A stretch of DNA of 64,000 nucleotides from Octopus vulgaris (GCA_951406725.2 OX597839.1:10602001-10666000), one strand, 5' to 3'. Shown: positions 13,911-27,156, counted from the stretch's first letter. A program made the numbers and translations. Notes: generated from the sequence alone by a model not told the origin.

Positions 13911-14125
13911 AATATACATTCATATTCAACATACACAGACACAAACGTGTATATGTGTGTGTGTATGTGTGTGTGCAGGTATGCGTATATGTATATACAT
14001 GAACACGCATATATAGATACATACATAAAGATATACACACATATATAGATATATAGCTATAGAGATGGATATGCGTATGCACGTATCTCTGTATGAGCAC
14101 GTGTGTGAGTGTTTGTGTATACATG

Positions 14126-14168
<43 letters not shown>

Positions 14169-14274
14169 ATGTCTGCGTATATGTGCCACCAATACACACA
14201 CATACACAGAACGCGAGAGGGTTCACATGTGTTTATATATGTATATGCATGCGTGCATATATATGAGTGCATAT

Positions 14275-14318
<44 letters not shown>

Positions 14319-14322
<4 letters not shown>

Positions 14323-14391
14323 TTATTTATTATGGTAGTTTTGACTTTAAGAGTCCCTCCTAGCGTGGGGCATTTATGTATAGTAATACCC

Positions 14392-14427
<36 letters not shown>

Positions 14428-14437
14428 ACCAATATGA

Positions 14438-14474
<37 letters not shown>

Positions 14475-14484
14475 ACCAATATGA

Positions 14485-14519
<35 letters not shown>

Positions 14520-14529
14520 ACCAATATGA

Positions 14530-14580
<51 letters not shown>

Positions 14581-14660
14581 ATTTATTTATTATGGTAGTT
14601 TTGACTTTAAGAGTTCCTCCTGGCGTGTGGCATTTAAGTATAGTAATGCCCTTAATATAT
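14319..14660. repeat. Composite repeat: two ~80-bp direct repeats bracketing three ATGCCACCAATATGAGTGC units spaced by (AT)n
   Basis: CAATTTATTTATTATGGTAGTTTTGACTTTAAGAG at 14319 and 14579. Confidence 0.9.
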
Positions 14661-14919
14661 ATGTGTATATATATATATATACACATATACAATCTGTAAT
14701 CATTAATCTCACGATTAGATTAGCGATTAAATATTTTATTCACTTTCAGACTTGTCTTTGAGTTCTTTATTTTAAGTGGCCAGGCAGAGCTTTCTTTTAA
14801 GTTGTCACTCTCTCGAATACATACGTGCATACATACATTCATGTATACATACGTACATACATATATGATGTGCGTGTGCGTGTGTCTGTGTTGATGAACA
14901 TATAGATGTATATATCCAT

Positions 14920-14956
<37 letters not shown>

Positions 14957-15090
14957 GAAACGGTAGTTTCAATATAACCTGTAAGAGACCATGTTTGGAG
15001 CAAGGAAAGAAAAAACGAACGCGAATATCATACGTATGAAGATACCGGCATTCCGATTTAACGACAGAGCAGTATGTATACACACACACA

Positions 15091-15142
<52 letters not shown>

Positions 15143-15298
15143 CACGCACGCACACACACATACACACACACACGTACACACATACATTCATTATTACATA
15201 TAAAGTATATACATATATACATATATACATAGATTCATGCACATATGTGTACATGTGTACACAGATGGATATACATGTATACGTACATAGTATGTATG

Positions 15299-16029
15299 CA
15301 GTGGTGGACTGGCCAGGTTGCCAGCTTGCTCGATGGCAAGTGGGCCCCTTCGCCATTAGAATTCATACATAGGGGCCCTTGTTATTATCTAAGGGGCCCA
15401 TCCCCCTCAAGTTTGAGAATTTGTTATTCACTCCTGGAAGAATGCATTATTTCTGCTTGGTTGTGTTTGTAGACAATTGAAAAGAATTCTTTAAAACAAA
15501 AAAAGGAGTGGCTGTGTGGTAAGTAGCTTGCTAACCAGCCACATGGTTCCGGGTTCAGTCCCACTGCGTGGCATCTTGGGCAAGTATCTTTTACTATAGC
15601 CTCGGGCCGACCAATGCCTTGTGAGTGGATTTGGTAGACGGAAACTGAAAGAAGCCTGTCGTATGTATGTATATATATATATATATGAGTGTGTGTGTGT
15701 GTTTGTGTGTCTGTGTTTGCTTGACAACCGATGCTGGTGTGTTTACGCCTCCGTAACTTAGCGGTTCGGCAAAAGAGACCGATAGAATAAGTACTGGGCT
15801 TACAAAGAATAAGTCCCGGGGTCGATTTGCTCGACTAAAGGCGGTGCTCCAGCATGGCCGCAGTCAAATGACTGAAACAAGTAAAAGAGTAAAAAAGTAT
15901 GAGTATTAAATGATAGCATTGCAGATGCGGGTGGGCCCTCTTGTAGATGCAGGTGGGTCCCCTTGTAGATGCGGGTGGGCCCCACTTAGTCTCCTGGCAA
16001 CCAATATTTTTAGACTCAGTCGACCACTG
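15299..16029. mobile_element. hAT-like non-autonomous element carrying a nested SINE A (15504-15900)
   Basis: TIR CAGTGGTGGACTG / CAGTCGACCACTG; 8-bp TSD TATGTATG (15291-98, 16030-37); repeated subterminal GGGCCC. Confidence 0.75.
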
Positions 16030-16313
16030 TATGTATGGTCCTATGAACATGCCTGTATGCTTCTATGCATGTTTGTAAACATGAACCTACGTACCTGCGT
16101 ATACATGCACGCATTCTCTTGTATATACATAGGTGCTTGTTTGTTTGCGTGTGTATATGTGTGTGTATGATTGTCAGTATTTATGTATGTATATATACAT
16201 TTGTCTGTATGCTTTTATTTATGTATGTATATCTGAACGTGTACGTATATATTCCTGTGTGTCCATTTGTGTATGTGCATATGTATACATATATATGTAC
16301 GGATGAATATATG

Positions 16314-16355
<42 letters not shown>

Positions 16356-16608
16356 CATACAAGCATATATATTTATATACACATACATACAAGCATATAT
16401 ATATATATACACATACATACAAGCATACATATATACATATATATATATATATACGTATGTATGCATATATGTCTGCATATGTTTTCATGTGTATACACGT
16501 ACAGTGCATGTGTGTCTGTGTATGTATGTATACATTGCATGTATATGAATGTTTGTCCATGTACATGTGTATATACATGTATATATGTATTTGTACATAT
16601 ATATATAT

Positions 16609-16647
<39 letters not shown>

Positions 16648-16921
16648 CATATATACACATAAATCTATCTATCTATATATATATGTATATACATATATAC
16701 ATGCCTATATACATACATACGACACATACACACATGTATATATATATATGTATATATACATATATATATATATAAATTTGTGTGTGTGTGTGTATAGTTA
16801 CGTGTACGTATGTATATAAGTAGGCATACGTGCATGATTGCATATATTCATGTTTGTTTGTACGGTGTGTGTGTGTGTGTGTGTGTGTGTCCGTGTCCAA
16901 AATAATTCAATCTTTACTTAC

Positions 16922-17049
16922 AGAAGCCGTATCCTCGGAACTTCCTCCTGAAGTGACGTTGCAGCTGTTGTCGTTGTTGTTGTAACTATTGTTACAACCT
17001 CGCCTCACGTTTCTGCAGCTTTTGTTATTGTTGTTGTTGTTGTTACAGA

Positions 17050-17080
<31 letters not shown>

Positions 17081-17327
17081 ACCACAGATGCTGCTGCTGC
17101 TGCCGCTGCTGCTTTTGTTAGTTTGTGGTGATGACGATGACGATGACGATGATGGTAATGATAATAGGGATGATGATGGCGGTGATGAGGACATCGATAC
17201 TGCTGCAGCCACAGTTCATCGTTCTTAGAGTTGTTGTTGTTGTTGTTGTTCTGGTGGTGGTGGTGGTTTTGACGATGGTTCCGTAGAGAGCATATCATTG
17301 ACAGAGATGCATCATTCGGTAAAACAC
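16922..17327 (-). CDS. Candidate exon with low-complexity coding potential (ATG at 17194 to phase-0 donor, 91 codons, Ser/Asn-rich)
   Basis: Acceptor TAG at 17328-30, donor TCT|GTAAGT at 16921; trinucleotide-repeat island amid dinucleotide repeats; no domain match recognised. Confidence 0.35.
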
Positions 17328-17388
17328 CTATACACACGGGCATGCACATCTATCCATCCGTCTATCTATCTATCTATCTATCTATCTG

Positions 17389-17461
<73 letters not shown>

Positions 17462-17473
17462 TTACATTCACAC

Positions 17474-17506
<33 letters not shown>

Positions 17507-17767
17507 CATACGTATATACATACGTAGATATAAATATGTGGGTATATGTATATGTACATATACATACGCATACATACATGTATGCGTGCATACCTACATA
17601 CATACAAGCGTACGTACACATGTAGGTACAGATGTACATACATACATACACAAACACATACATATATACATACATACATACATACATACATTGATACACA
17701 CTCACATACATACATACATACATACATACATACATACATACACACACATACATACATACACACACAT

Positions 17768-17798
<31 letters not shown>

Positions 17799-17822
17799 TA
17801 CATACATACATACATACATACA

Positions 17823-17856
<34 letters not shown>

Positions 17857-17968
17857 CATTCGTGTGTATGTGTGATGCAATAATCTATAGAAATAAATAT
17901 GCAAATATTCGTGTTATATATATGTATATGTGTGTGTCTGTTTATGTATGCATCGATATAGATATACA

Positions 17969-17999
<31 letters not shown>

Positions 18000-18259
18000 G
18001 TAGTGTGTGTCTATGTGTGTGGGTGGGTGTTTCTTATTTATAATGACTCTCTTAAGTGATCGTAGGATATACTACTTGCGGAACTTCATAACCACTTCCC
18101 CACCTCACACACACTTACATAGAAGGAGAGAAAGAGAGACGAAGAAAGAAAGAGAGCCACACAGAGGGGGGCGGGGCGGAAAGAGACTTTATACGTGTAT
18201 AAACTTATTCCTCAGTGTGCGTGTGCGTTTGCATACAAACATATATACATACTTACATA

Positions 18260-18810
<551 letters not shown>

Positions 18811-18881
18811 TATGACGCGGTGTATTGTATGTCGTATCTGACCGTATTACATATGTGTGTACTCTGATGCTTACACACATG

Positions 18882-18912
<31 letters not shown>

Positions 18913-19104
18913 TCATGTACGCAGCTACATGTATACGTATATACATATGCGCGCGCGCGCGTGTATCTGTATGGATATATGTATAAATGTGTATGTGATT
19001 GTGCACGTGTTTTGTGTTTGCGTGTGTATTTGTGTGCGTGAGTATTTGTGCATGTGTGCATCTGTGAGTTTGTGTACATCTGTTTGTGTGTGCATGCGTG
19101 TGAA

Positions 19105-19156
<52 letters not shown>

Positions 19157-19479
19157 GTGTGAGCTTACGAGGGTGAACGCTCGCGTTCGTGTGTATAAGA
19201 CGGGATATCTGCTGTGTCGTATCGACGTTTGAAATTCGGATGCACACACAAGCACACACAAATACACGCACACGCGCGCGCATATATATATAATTACATA
19301 TACAAATATTGATATTATGTAATAACACGTACATATATATATATATATTTATATACGTGAGTGTGTATATATGTGTGTGTGCGTTATTGTATTTTTGTCA
19401 GTTCAATCAAACAAGCTTTCCACATAACACTCGGTAGTTAGTGGTTAAGGCAAATATTAATGGTCAGCTATAAGAATTA

Positions 19480-19568
19480 ATGGTGGCGGTGGCGGCGGTG
19501 GTATCGGTGGTGGTGGTGGTGGTGGTGGTAGTAGTAGTAATTGTAGTAGTAGTAGTAGTAGCAGCTTC

Positions 19569-19616
<48 letters not shown>

Positions 19617-20040
19617 TGATTTGGTGGTAATAGTGAGAGTAGACGTGGTAATAGTGGTTGTGGGCGCCGTGATGATGATGGTGGTGGTGGTGGTGGTGGT
19701 GGTGGTGGTGGTGGCCTTAGTGGTGATGGTCGTCGTTGTAATGATAGTAGTGGTGGCGTGGTGGTGTCGGTGGTGTTGCTGGTAGCATCGGAAGTACTTT
19801 TAGTATTTTTTGTTGTTGTTGTTGTTATTAGTCGATGTGATGCTAGCTATGTTAGAAATGGCGGTAGTATTTGTGGTGATGCTGCTGATGGTAGTACTTG
19901 CAGTGTGGTGGTGTTGTGAAATTAATGGTGGTGTAGTAATGGTGGTGGTGGTGGTGGAGGTAGTGGTTGTGATGGTGGTGGTGGAGGTAGTAGTTGTTGT
20001 GGTCGTGGTGGTGGTGGTGGTGGTAGTGGTGGTGGTGGGG
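19480..20040. repeat. (GGT)/(GTA)/(GTT) mosaic trinucleotide tract
   Basis: Direct reading; the poly-Val ORFs are artefacts. Confidence 0.9.
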
Positions 20041-20589
20041 GGGTTAATTCTTCATCCTATTTCCACATTGACTCCTTGCTAAGCTTGAGTCATTAGCTTT
20101 CGAGGGAGTCGTATGGTTTGCCATGGTAACATATCGTATCCTAATTATCACCTTCTGCTAAGGGCCCTCTCAGAGGCATTATAGCCACCCCCAAGGAGTG
20201 GGGGGGAGTTAATCCAACGCACTAATCTTAATTTCAGTAGTAATCATTTATTGACAGCCAACTACAACATACAAAGATCAGAACTGGGTCCCCGGACACG
20301 CGAGATCCCTAAGCACCTGCCTGGTGTGTCCATGCCTTGAGACAACCCTGCCTCTGTTGCGTCCCAACTCCGGAGCTCGACTCTTCGCAAATGATTTGCT
20401 TGTCTATTCCTTGGTGTTTTCCCTTTATATATAGTGCTAGTGCATGCATATACAGCTGTGTGCAAGCGCACATACATGCGAGTACTGTCCAAATCTCCGA
20501 CCAATCACACACAGCTAGCTGGCATTCAATTGGCGTATCAAGATCCAGGCATTTAGATTGGATTTTGGATAGAAAATTCACAAAAAAGT

Positions 20590-20762
20590 CACTTCTATTG
20601 ATTCTTAATGGCTTTGCGGTATGACTGGGGAAATGTAAAGATGTGCACGACCACCCTTGGACGGTTTTGAATGACCATAGAAAGTGCGAGCCCTCTAACT
20701 GAAAAATTGTGGATTTGTATAAAGGACGCACACGCAGACATTTTGCCGTTCATATATAGAGA
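20590..20762 (-). mobile_element. Helitron-like element 5' part (same family as 62267-62491)
   Basis: Reverse complement TCTCTATATATGAACGGCAAAATGTC...CAAAACCGTCCA. Confidence 0.7.
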
Positions 20763-20764
20763 TT

Positions 20765-20890
20765 CTGTCGCGTCTCCTTTCTCTCTTCACGGTTCCTTGA
20801 AGAATGGTCTTTGTATGGCGACTTGATCTCGTTCTATTGCTCCTGTACTATCTCAACTTTTATCTTTGACATCGTTGTGTGATGGTCTTT
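20765..20890 (-). mobile_element. Old RTE LINE remnant
   Basis: KTILQGTVKRERRRDR motif. Confidence 0.55.
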
Positions 20891-21107
20891 GAGTTGAGGT
20901 GCTAATTTGATGCTGGATCGTTTCTCAAATCAGATCGTCAGTGATTTGGTCGAAATGCAAAATAGCTAAGATGCTGTTAAACAATAGCTATTAGCGACAG
21001 AAGCAGCATAATACCAAGAGGTAACATTTATCACCGCTTATACGTGGATATTCTCTTAGAGCAAACCATACTACGTCAGATAATATGAGGGAAACTCTCA
21101 TATTGGT

Positions 21108-21321
21108 TTTTGGTGCAAAATGCACTTTTGGTGCAAAATGTACTTTTGGTGCAAAATACACTTTTAATGCAAAATGCACTTTTGGTGCAAAATCCACTTT
21201 TGATGCAAAGTGCACTTTTAGTGCAAAGTGCACTTTTAGTGCAAGGTGCACTTTTAGTGCAAAGTGCATTTTAGTGCAAAGTGCACTTTTTGTGTAAATG
21301 CACTTTTGGTGCAAAATGCAC
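21108..21321. repeat. 18-bp minisatellite x12, consensus TTTTRGTGCAAARTGCAC
   Basis: 12 units counted (two are 17 bp); each contains GTGCA-NNN-TGCAC. Confidence 0.95.
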
Positions 21322-21438
21322 TCTCATAGTATCTATTATAGTAGATACCATGAGTTACTTGATGGATTCTAAGATCATTCAGAACCAGCAGTACTGTATG
21401 TATGTATGTATGTATGTATGTATGTATGTATGCATGTA

Positions 21439-21993
21439 TTGTTCGAAGGTTTGTAATGGACGCAGGTTCGTGTGTCAAATAGCTAGCTAGCCTCTTGGAG
21501 CTAATCAGCGACAGCTTTAATCTTATATTTATAAGACTGCCATATTAGTATGGCGATAACTATTAATTTCCAGTAACGCTGCCGTAATCTCCTTTAGAGA
21601 GACTTAGTAATTTTAATATTTCTATTATTGAAAACAAGTGGATGTATTCCACTGAAACTAGGTAAATAAAGCATTCGAACTGGGACGATCAGTAGCGACA
21701 CCTGCAAGTCTGACTAAGCTGCATTGATAAGGGGCAACAACCCTGAAACATGTCTGTAGCTGTCTGACTGGCAGGATGAAGCCGCTGACCTCCCTTGTTC
21801 GAAGGTTTGTAATGGACGCAGGTTCGTGTGTCAAATAGCTAGCTTGAGGCGGTGGCCTCTTGGAGCTAATCAGCGACAGCTTTAATCTTATATTTATAAG
21901 ACTGCCATATTAGTATGGCGATAACTATTAATTTCCAGTAACGCTGCCGTAATCTCCTTTAGAGAGACTTAGTAATTTTAATATTTCTATTAT
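21439..21993 (+). mobile_element. Non-coding 1.5-mer (period 356 bp) with hammerhead ribozyme: retrozyme / non-autonomous PLE candidate
   Basis: Near-identical direct repeats at 21439-21628 and 21795-21993; inserted between (TATG)n and (TA)n. Confidence 0.75.
21701..21775 (+). ncRNA. Type I hammerhead ribozyme, U3-A8 core variant
   Basis: AGCTGCA-TTGATAA-GGGG(CAACAA)CCCT-GAAA-CATG-TC-TGTAGCT; stem I extended by GAC/GTC, AGTC/GACT, CCTGC/GCAGG. Confidence 0.8.
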
Positions 21994-22005
21994 ATATATA
22001 TATAT

Positions 22006-22341
22006 AAAGACCCCCTTCGGTCATGAGTGACCATGGGTTTGCACCTAGAGAGTTACCCTCTGAGGCACAAGTCTGGGCAAGGTTGTTTTTATGGAAGACC
22101 AGTAGTCGCCCATACATACCGGCCTCCCCTCTCCACGCCACCAGTGCTATCCAAGGGAAAGACAAAGGTCGATACAGCTTGGCACACGTGACGTCGCAAC
22201 TCATTTCTACAGCTGAGTGAACTGGAGCAACGTGAAATAAAGTGCTTTGCTCAAGAACACAACACACAGCCTGGTCCTGGATTCGAACTCACAACCTCAC
22301 GATCGTAAGCTCGACGCTCTAACCACTGAGCCATGCGCCTC

Positions 22342-22343
<2 letters not shown>
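22006..22343 (-). mobile_element. SINE family C, full length (tRNA head, V-domain-like centre)
   Basis: TGGCTCAGTGG A box, GAGTTCGAATCC B box, GTGTTCTTGAGCAAAGCACTTTATTTCACGTTGCTCC. Confidence 0.88.
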
Positions 22344-22440
<97 letters not shown>

Positions 22441-22674
22441 TATATATATACATATACATACATGCATGCATGCATACAAGCATACATACATATCCAAGGC
22501 ACATTGCCACAGTTAAGCGGAAATTCACAAGGGATAATTATGATATGCAAGATGGTGTTTCCTTTAATTACAACAAAAGTTTGGGGGCATTACACTGCAC
22601 TGTCACACACTTACCATACATACAGAAATACACACATATGTATAACCATACGTGTATACATGTGATTAATAAAG

Positions 22675-22742
<68 letters not shown>

Positions 22743-22857
22743 GCTGCTGTTGTTGCTGTTATTAATATTATTATTATCTTAGGATCGATGTAATCGGTTA
22801 GACCCCTCCCTCGCCAAATTTCGGCCTTGAGCCTGTAATAGAAAGAACTATTATCAT

Positions 22858-22888
<31 letters not shown>

Positions 22889-23193
22889 GTTGGTCAAGTT
22901 TCATTTTGTTAGTATTTTCTTAATATTTAGTTAATATTTTGGCTTTAGCGAGGTCTTTGGGAAGTGGGTCCATCCCATTTGCATGTCTCGGACACCGATG
23001 AGGTTTAACTGTTGCAAATCGAGGACAGTAAGAAAGTCACGTGCAGGAAGGAAATTCTAGGGAGCAAATGTATCGGGAAAGAAGGGATGGGAGTATTTGT
23101 TACTTTGGGTTTTTGGGGAATTTGACGCAACATGGGTGATAAAATGAGGCGAGACTATGGAGCAACACATGCGGAAATAGTGATGGTAGTGAA

Positions 23194-23620
23194 AGGCACA
23201 GGAGTGGCTGTGTGGTAAGTAGCTTGTTTACCAACTACATGGTTCTGGGTTCAGTCCCACTGCGTGGCACCTTGGGCAAGTGTCTTCCACTATAGCCTAG
23301 GGCCGACCAAAGCATTGTGAGTGGATTTGGTAGACGGAAACTGAAAGAAGCCCGTCGCATATATGTATATATATATATATATATATATGCGTGTGTGTGT
23401 TTGTGTGTCTGTGTTTGTCCCCCTAGAATTGCTTGACAACCGATGCTGGTGTGTTTATGTCCCCGTTACTTAGCGGTTCGGCAAAAGAGACCGATAGAAT
23501 AAGTACTGAGCTTACAAAAGAATAAGTCCCGGGGTCGAGTTGCTCGATTAAAGGCGGTGCTCCAGCATAGCCGCAGTCAAATGACTGAAACAAGTAAAAG
23601 AGAGTAAAAGAGTAAGAGTA
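23194..23620 (+). mobile_element. SINE A, full length
   Basis: Consensus match. Confidence 0.92.
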
Positions 23621-23829
23621 CGACAACAACCAATTATGAGGGACAGAGGCTAATGTAGTTGTGATATCAAAAAAGGTACGGAGAGGATCGATCAGATCTG
23701 TGGCTCTGAGGGTAGGGTGTGTCTCTCAAGGACTTTGTAACAAGGGGTCTAGTAGAGTTAAAGGCGTGCACATCATAGACTCCACGGTGCTGCAGCAACA
23801 ATAGCGCTGTCCCAGCTGTAGGAGCAGTA

Positions 23830-24620
23830 CTTCATTGTGATTTACATATGCCCTAAAATTAAATCCTGGGAAACATAATCCGACCAGAAAACTCAATGAA
23901 ACCTTACAATATATTAACAAATGCAGCAAACGTCAATATGTAAATCTCTGGGATATTCCTTGATGGAGGACCCTTTAAAGACGCCGTCAAGTATTATGAT
24001 GGCATATTACAAAGAAATATATTCAAGGAAATACATTAAATAAAATTGCAAATACAAGCAAAAACAGTAAAAAGAAGATCATATAGTTCAACCGACTGCT
24101 GAACTCTATGTTGTTTTGGAACATCGGTTCCAGTATCACCCGATTTTTTCTAAACCTAATTAAAACAAAATCCCTCAGAGACCATAAGCTCCACAAAATC
24201 ATCAATAAAATCAATGCTAATGTTAGTTACAAATGTACTGACAATTGAGCTGCTTTTCAGCTAAATCTAATAGGGAAAAATCTGACACTCAAATGCAGCT
24301 ACCATAACTTTAATACTTGCTCACTTCAAAAACATTATTTAGATCTGAATGAACATATCTTTAAAGCAAAAATATCATCAGTACGCCTAGTCATTCAGGA
24401 GAGCAAAGAAATACTCCAACTCTTTCCGAATGTATATGGGATCTGAAAGATAGTTACATTAATAATTTCAAGATTAACTGGTCAGTCATCGTAACTACAT
24501 CGTCTTAGATCGACGGATTCGTGTTTCCCCTGCTTGCCAAAAAAATATAATGTACTGATGCGGACACTGAAATTATTGAACTTCTGTAAAGTTAGTATTT
24601 GTTTCATGTCCCCATTAGTA
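23830..24620 (+). pseudogene. Decayed Penelope-like element, Naiad-like (thumb/linker/GIY-YIG C-terminus)
   Basis: GKHNPTRKLNETLQYINK, KKII*FN, NIG, FLNLIK..HKLHKIINKINANVSYKC, TLSECIWDLK..FKINWSVI. Confidence 0.65.
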
Positions 24621-25237
24621 TAACAACGTCAAAGAAATTCACATCACTTACCAGGCAAATAGTATAACGCTATGTTTACAAACACAAACTGAACATTTAA
24701 ATGTATTTTTGGCATGCCATTGAACTTTTATTTATATTGGAACATAAGGCTGCAAATCTACCATACAAATCTTCATATAAATCGCTTCTGTCCACATCAA
24801 CATATTGTCTTTTCGGTCCAAATGATAATTTCTTCCTATCCGTACTGTATCATATTGTTGTTGCATCACCTAACAGGTCCCATTAAGATTTTCTAAAATT
24901 TCACATCGGCGCAGGCGCATTGTTGATCGCTAGTCACGTTTCGAGTTTAGTCTCACTGCGTAACACCTTGGACAAGTGTCTTCTAAAACAGCTTCGCGCC
25001 GACCAAAATTGAGTAAGGAAACTGAAACAAGCCTGCGCATGTGTGTGTGTGTGTGTGTGTGTGTGTCTGTTTGTCTTATATTTTTAACCACTAAGTTACT
25101 GGAATGCAAACAATTCATCACCAGTTGTCAAGCAGTAGGAGAACAAACGCAAACACACACGTATGACAAGCTTCCGCACAGTTTCCGTTCACCATTCTTC
25201 TTACATACCTAAAGACGTTAATATATATATATATATA

Positions 25238-25497
25238 GGTAACATCCTCCATTGACATTCAGGCTACACTCTTCCCGTCAATCCCTATTGTCATCGGAGC
25301 ATTGGGTTCAATACAACCCAATCTGAAAAAACATCTGAAAACCTTAGAGAAACCCTACAATCTAGATGTATTGCAAAAGTCGGCATTACTTGGAATTGCA
25401 CGCATATTGCGTAAAGTACTGTCTGTCTGAGGTCCTTGTTGTCACTTGACAAACAGTACAATCAACAACCTCACGATATTGAATATTGTACGACGTC

Positions 25498-25545
<48 letters not shown>
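25238..25545 (+). mobile_element. 3' end of an R4/Dong-clade non-LTR retrotransposon followed by (TAA)n
   Basis: IPIVIGALGSIQPNLKKHL...LQKSALLGIARILRKVLSV*; Dong elements are known to target TAA repeats. Confidence 0.82.
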
Positions 25546-26074
25546 GTGGGTAAATAAATAAGAAATGAATAAATAAGAAACCACACAAAAATAATAATAA
25601 TGTATTTGAAGTTGATTGAAAATGTTGATTTACGTGTAATCATTTCAAATGAAATTATGGCTACGGCTTTCATAATGTCTATAGAATATGTTCTCACGAC
25701 CTCTATAGGTTCCAGTAAACTGGGGAAAATTACTGTAATCGATAAACAATATTCTAAACTAGTTCTGTAGCATCACTGACACACACACACACACCCACAC
25801 AGAGACAATTAGTTAAGTATATAAAAAAGAAATTAAAGGTAATGCTATGCCACTTTGTAACAATCCTTGTTATTATATATGCATACATATTGTGGACTCT
25901 CTTGTTAAAGACAATAGCTGAACCTACAGAGGTGGTTTGTCGATCGTGATCAAACAGGCGTAGGCGAGGCGAGCAATTTGCTTCGCAGCCATATGTGCAA
26001 GTGTCTTTCACAACAGATTCGAGTCGACCAAAGTCCTGTGGATTTTATAGACGGAAACTGAAGGAAGACCGTCG

Positions 26075-26133
<59 letters not shown>

Positions 26134-26155
26134 GTATGTATATCTGTCTGTCTGC

Positions 26156-26205
<50 letters not shown>

Positions 26206-26210
26206 GTCTG

Positions 26211-26243
<33 letters not shown>

Positions 26244-26475
26244 ATTGTTATATTTGGGTTGGTCATATTTTGGCAATTAAACGCACGCACTGTATAGTTG
26301 GTCTTCATTTCAGCTTTATTATTATTACAGCTTCATTATCACAATTCTTTCGTCAGACATCCTTTGACGGTGAAATACGACCATCCCCGTGTATAACAAT
26401 ATCTGTTTCACTACACGATTTCATATCAGGAATCTTGCAAACCAAATACAAAAACGTGTGTGTCTTTTTTTTTTT

Positions 26476-26529
<54 letters not shown>

Positions 26530-26581
26530 TGTGTGTGTGTGTGTGTATACATATATATGCATATATATATATATGCATATA

Positions 26582-26614
<33 letters not shown>

Positions 26615-26616
26615 GC

Positions 26617-26649
<33 letters not shown>

Positions 26650-26691
26650 CATATATATATACGTGTGTATATGTATACACACACACACTTA

Positions 26692-26753
<62 letters not shown>

Positions 26754-26759
26754 ATTAGT

Positions 26760-27088
26760 TACTATCGAGGTGCAGAAATGGCGTATTCCGAATGAACAAG
26801 GTAATGTAATCCGATGGTAGAAAGAATACTGTGAATAAGGTACTCCAAAGTCAGTCGGAAGGCCGGGGGTCCGTGTTAGCTTTCCTCCATCTTCCTTTTC
26901 TCTTGGACTTTCCTTCGTCACCTGTTTCTGACGAAGAGCTTTACTCGAAACATAAAACTACCTTTCTTTTTATCCCTGAGCGTCTTTTAATACTTTGCAT
27001 GTACCACGTCCTTGCTTTACTCTTTTACTCTTTTATCCTTATTTTTCCTTGTGCTTTTTGTTCGTTTTTATTTGGTGGGGAGATTAAC

Positions 27089-27090
<2 letters not shown>
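26760..27090 (+). mobile_element. PLE terminal-repeat fragment with minimal HHR
   Basis: HHR followed by CCTGAGCGT..TAATAC and a T-rich tail, as at the end of the PLE at 57240-57350. Confidence 0.7.
26924..26958 (+). ncRNA. Minimal hammerhead motif lacking stem III
   Basis: GTTT-CTGACGA-A-GAG(CTTTA)CTC-GAAA-CA-TA-AAAC. Confidence 0.65.
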
Positions 27091-27137
<47 letters not shown>

Positions 27138-27156
27138 ATATATATATATATATGTG

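Noticed and set aside
14405-14570. CRISPR-like pattern of constant 19-nt repeats with spacers
   Set aside because: Spacers are pure (AT)n, there are no cas genes, and the context is eukaryotic; this is slippage duplication
16924-17318. Plus-strand exon (TTACAG acceptor; poly-Leu/poly-Asp ORF)
   Set aside because: All three frames stop within ~20 codons of the acceptor
20991-21314. APKVHF / FGAKCT hexapeptide repeat protein, or metal-response-element array
   Set aside because: Two 17-bp units break the frame and no splice context was seen; units read TGCACTT, not TGCRCNC
22250-22343. tRNA gene
   Set aside because: A/B boxes are present, but this is the head of a SINE with no proper acceptor stem; the same applies to the SINE A and D heads
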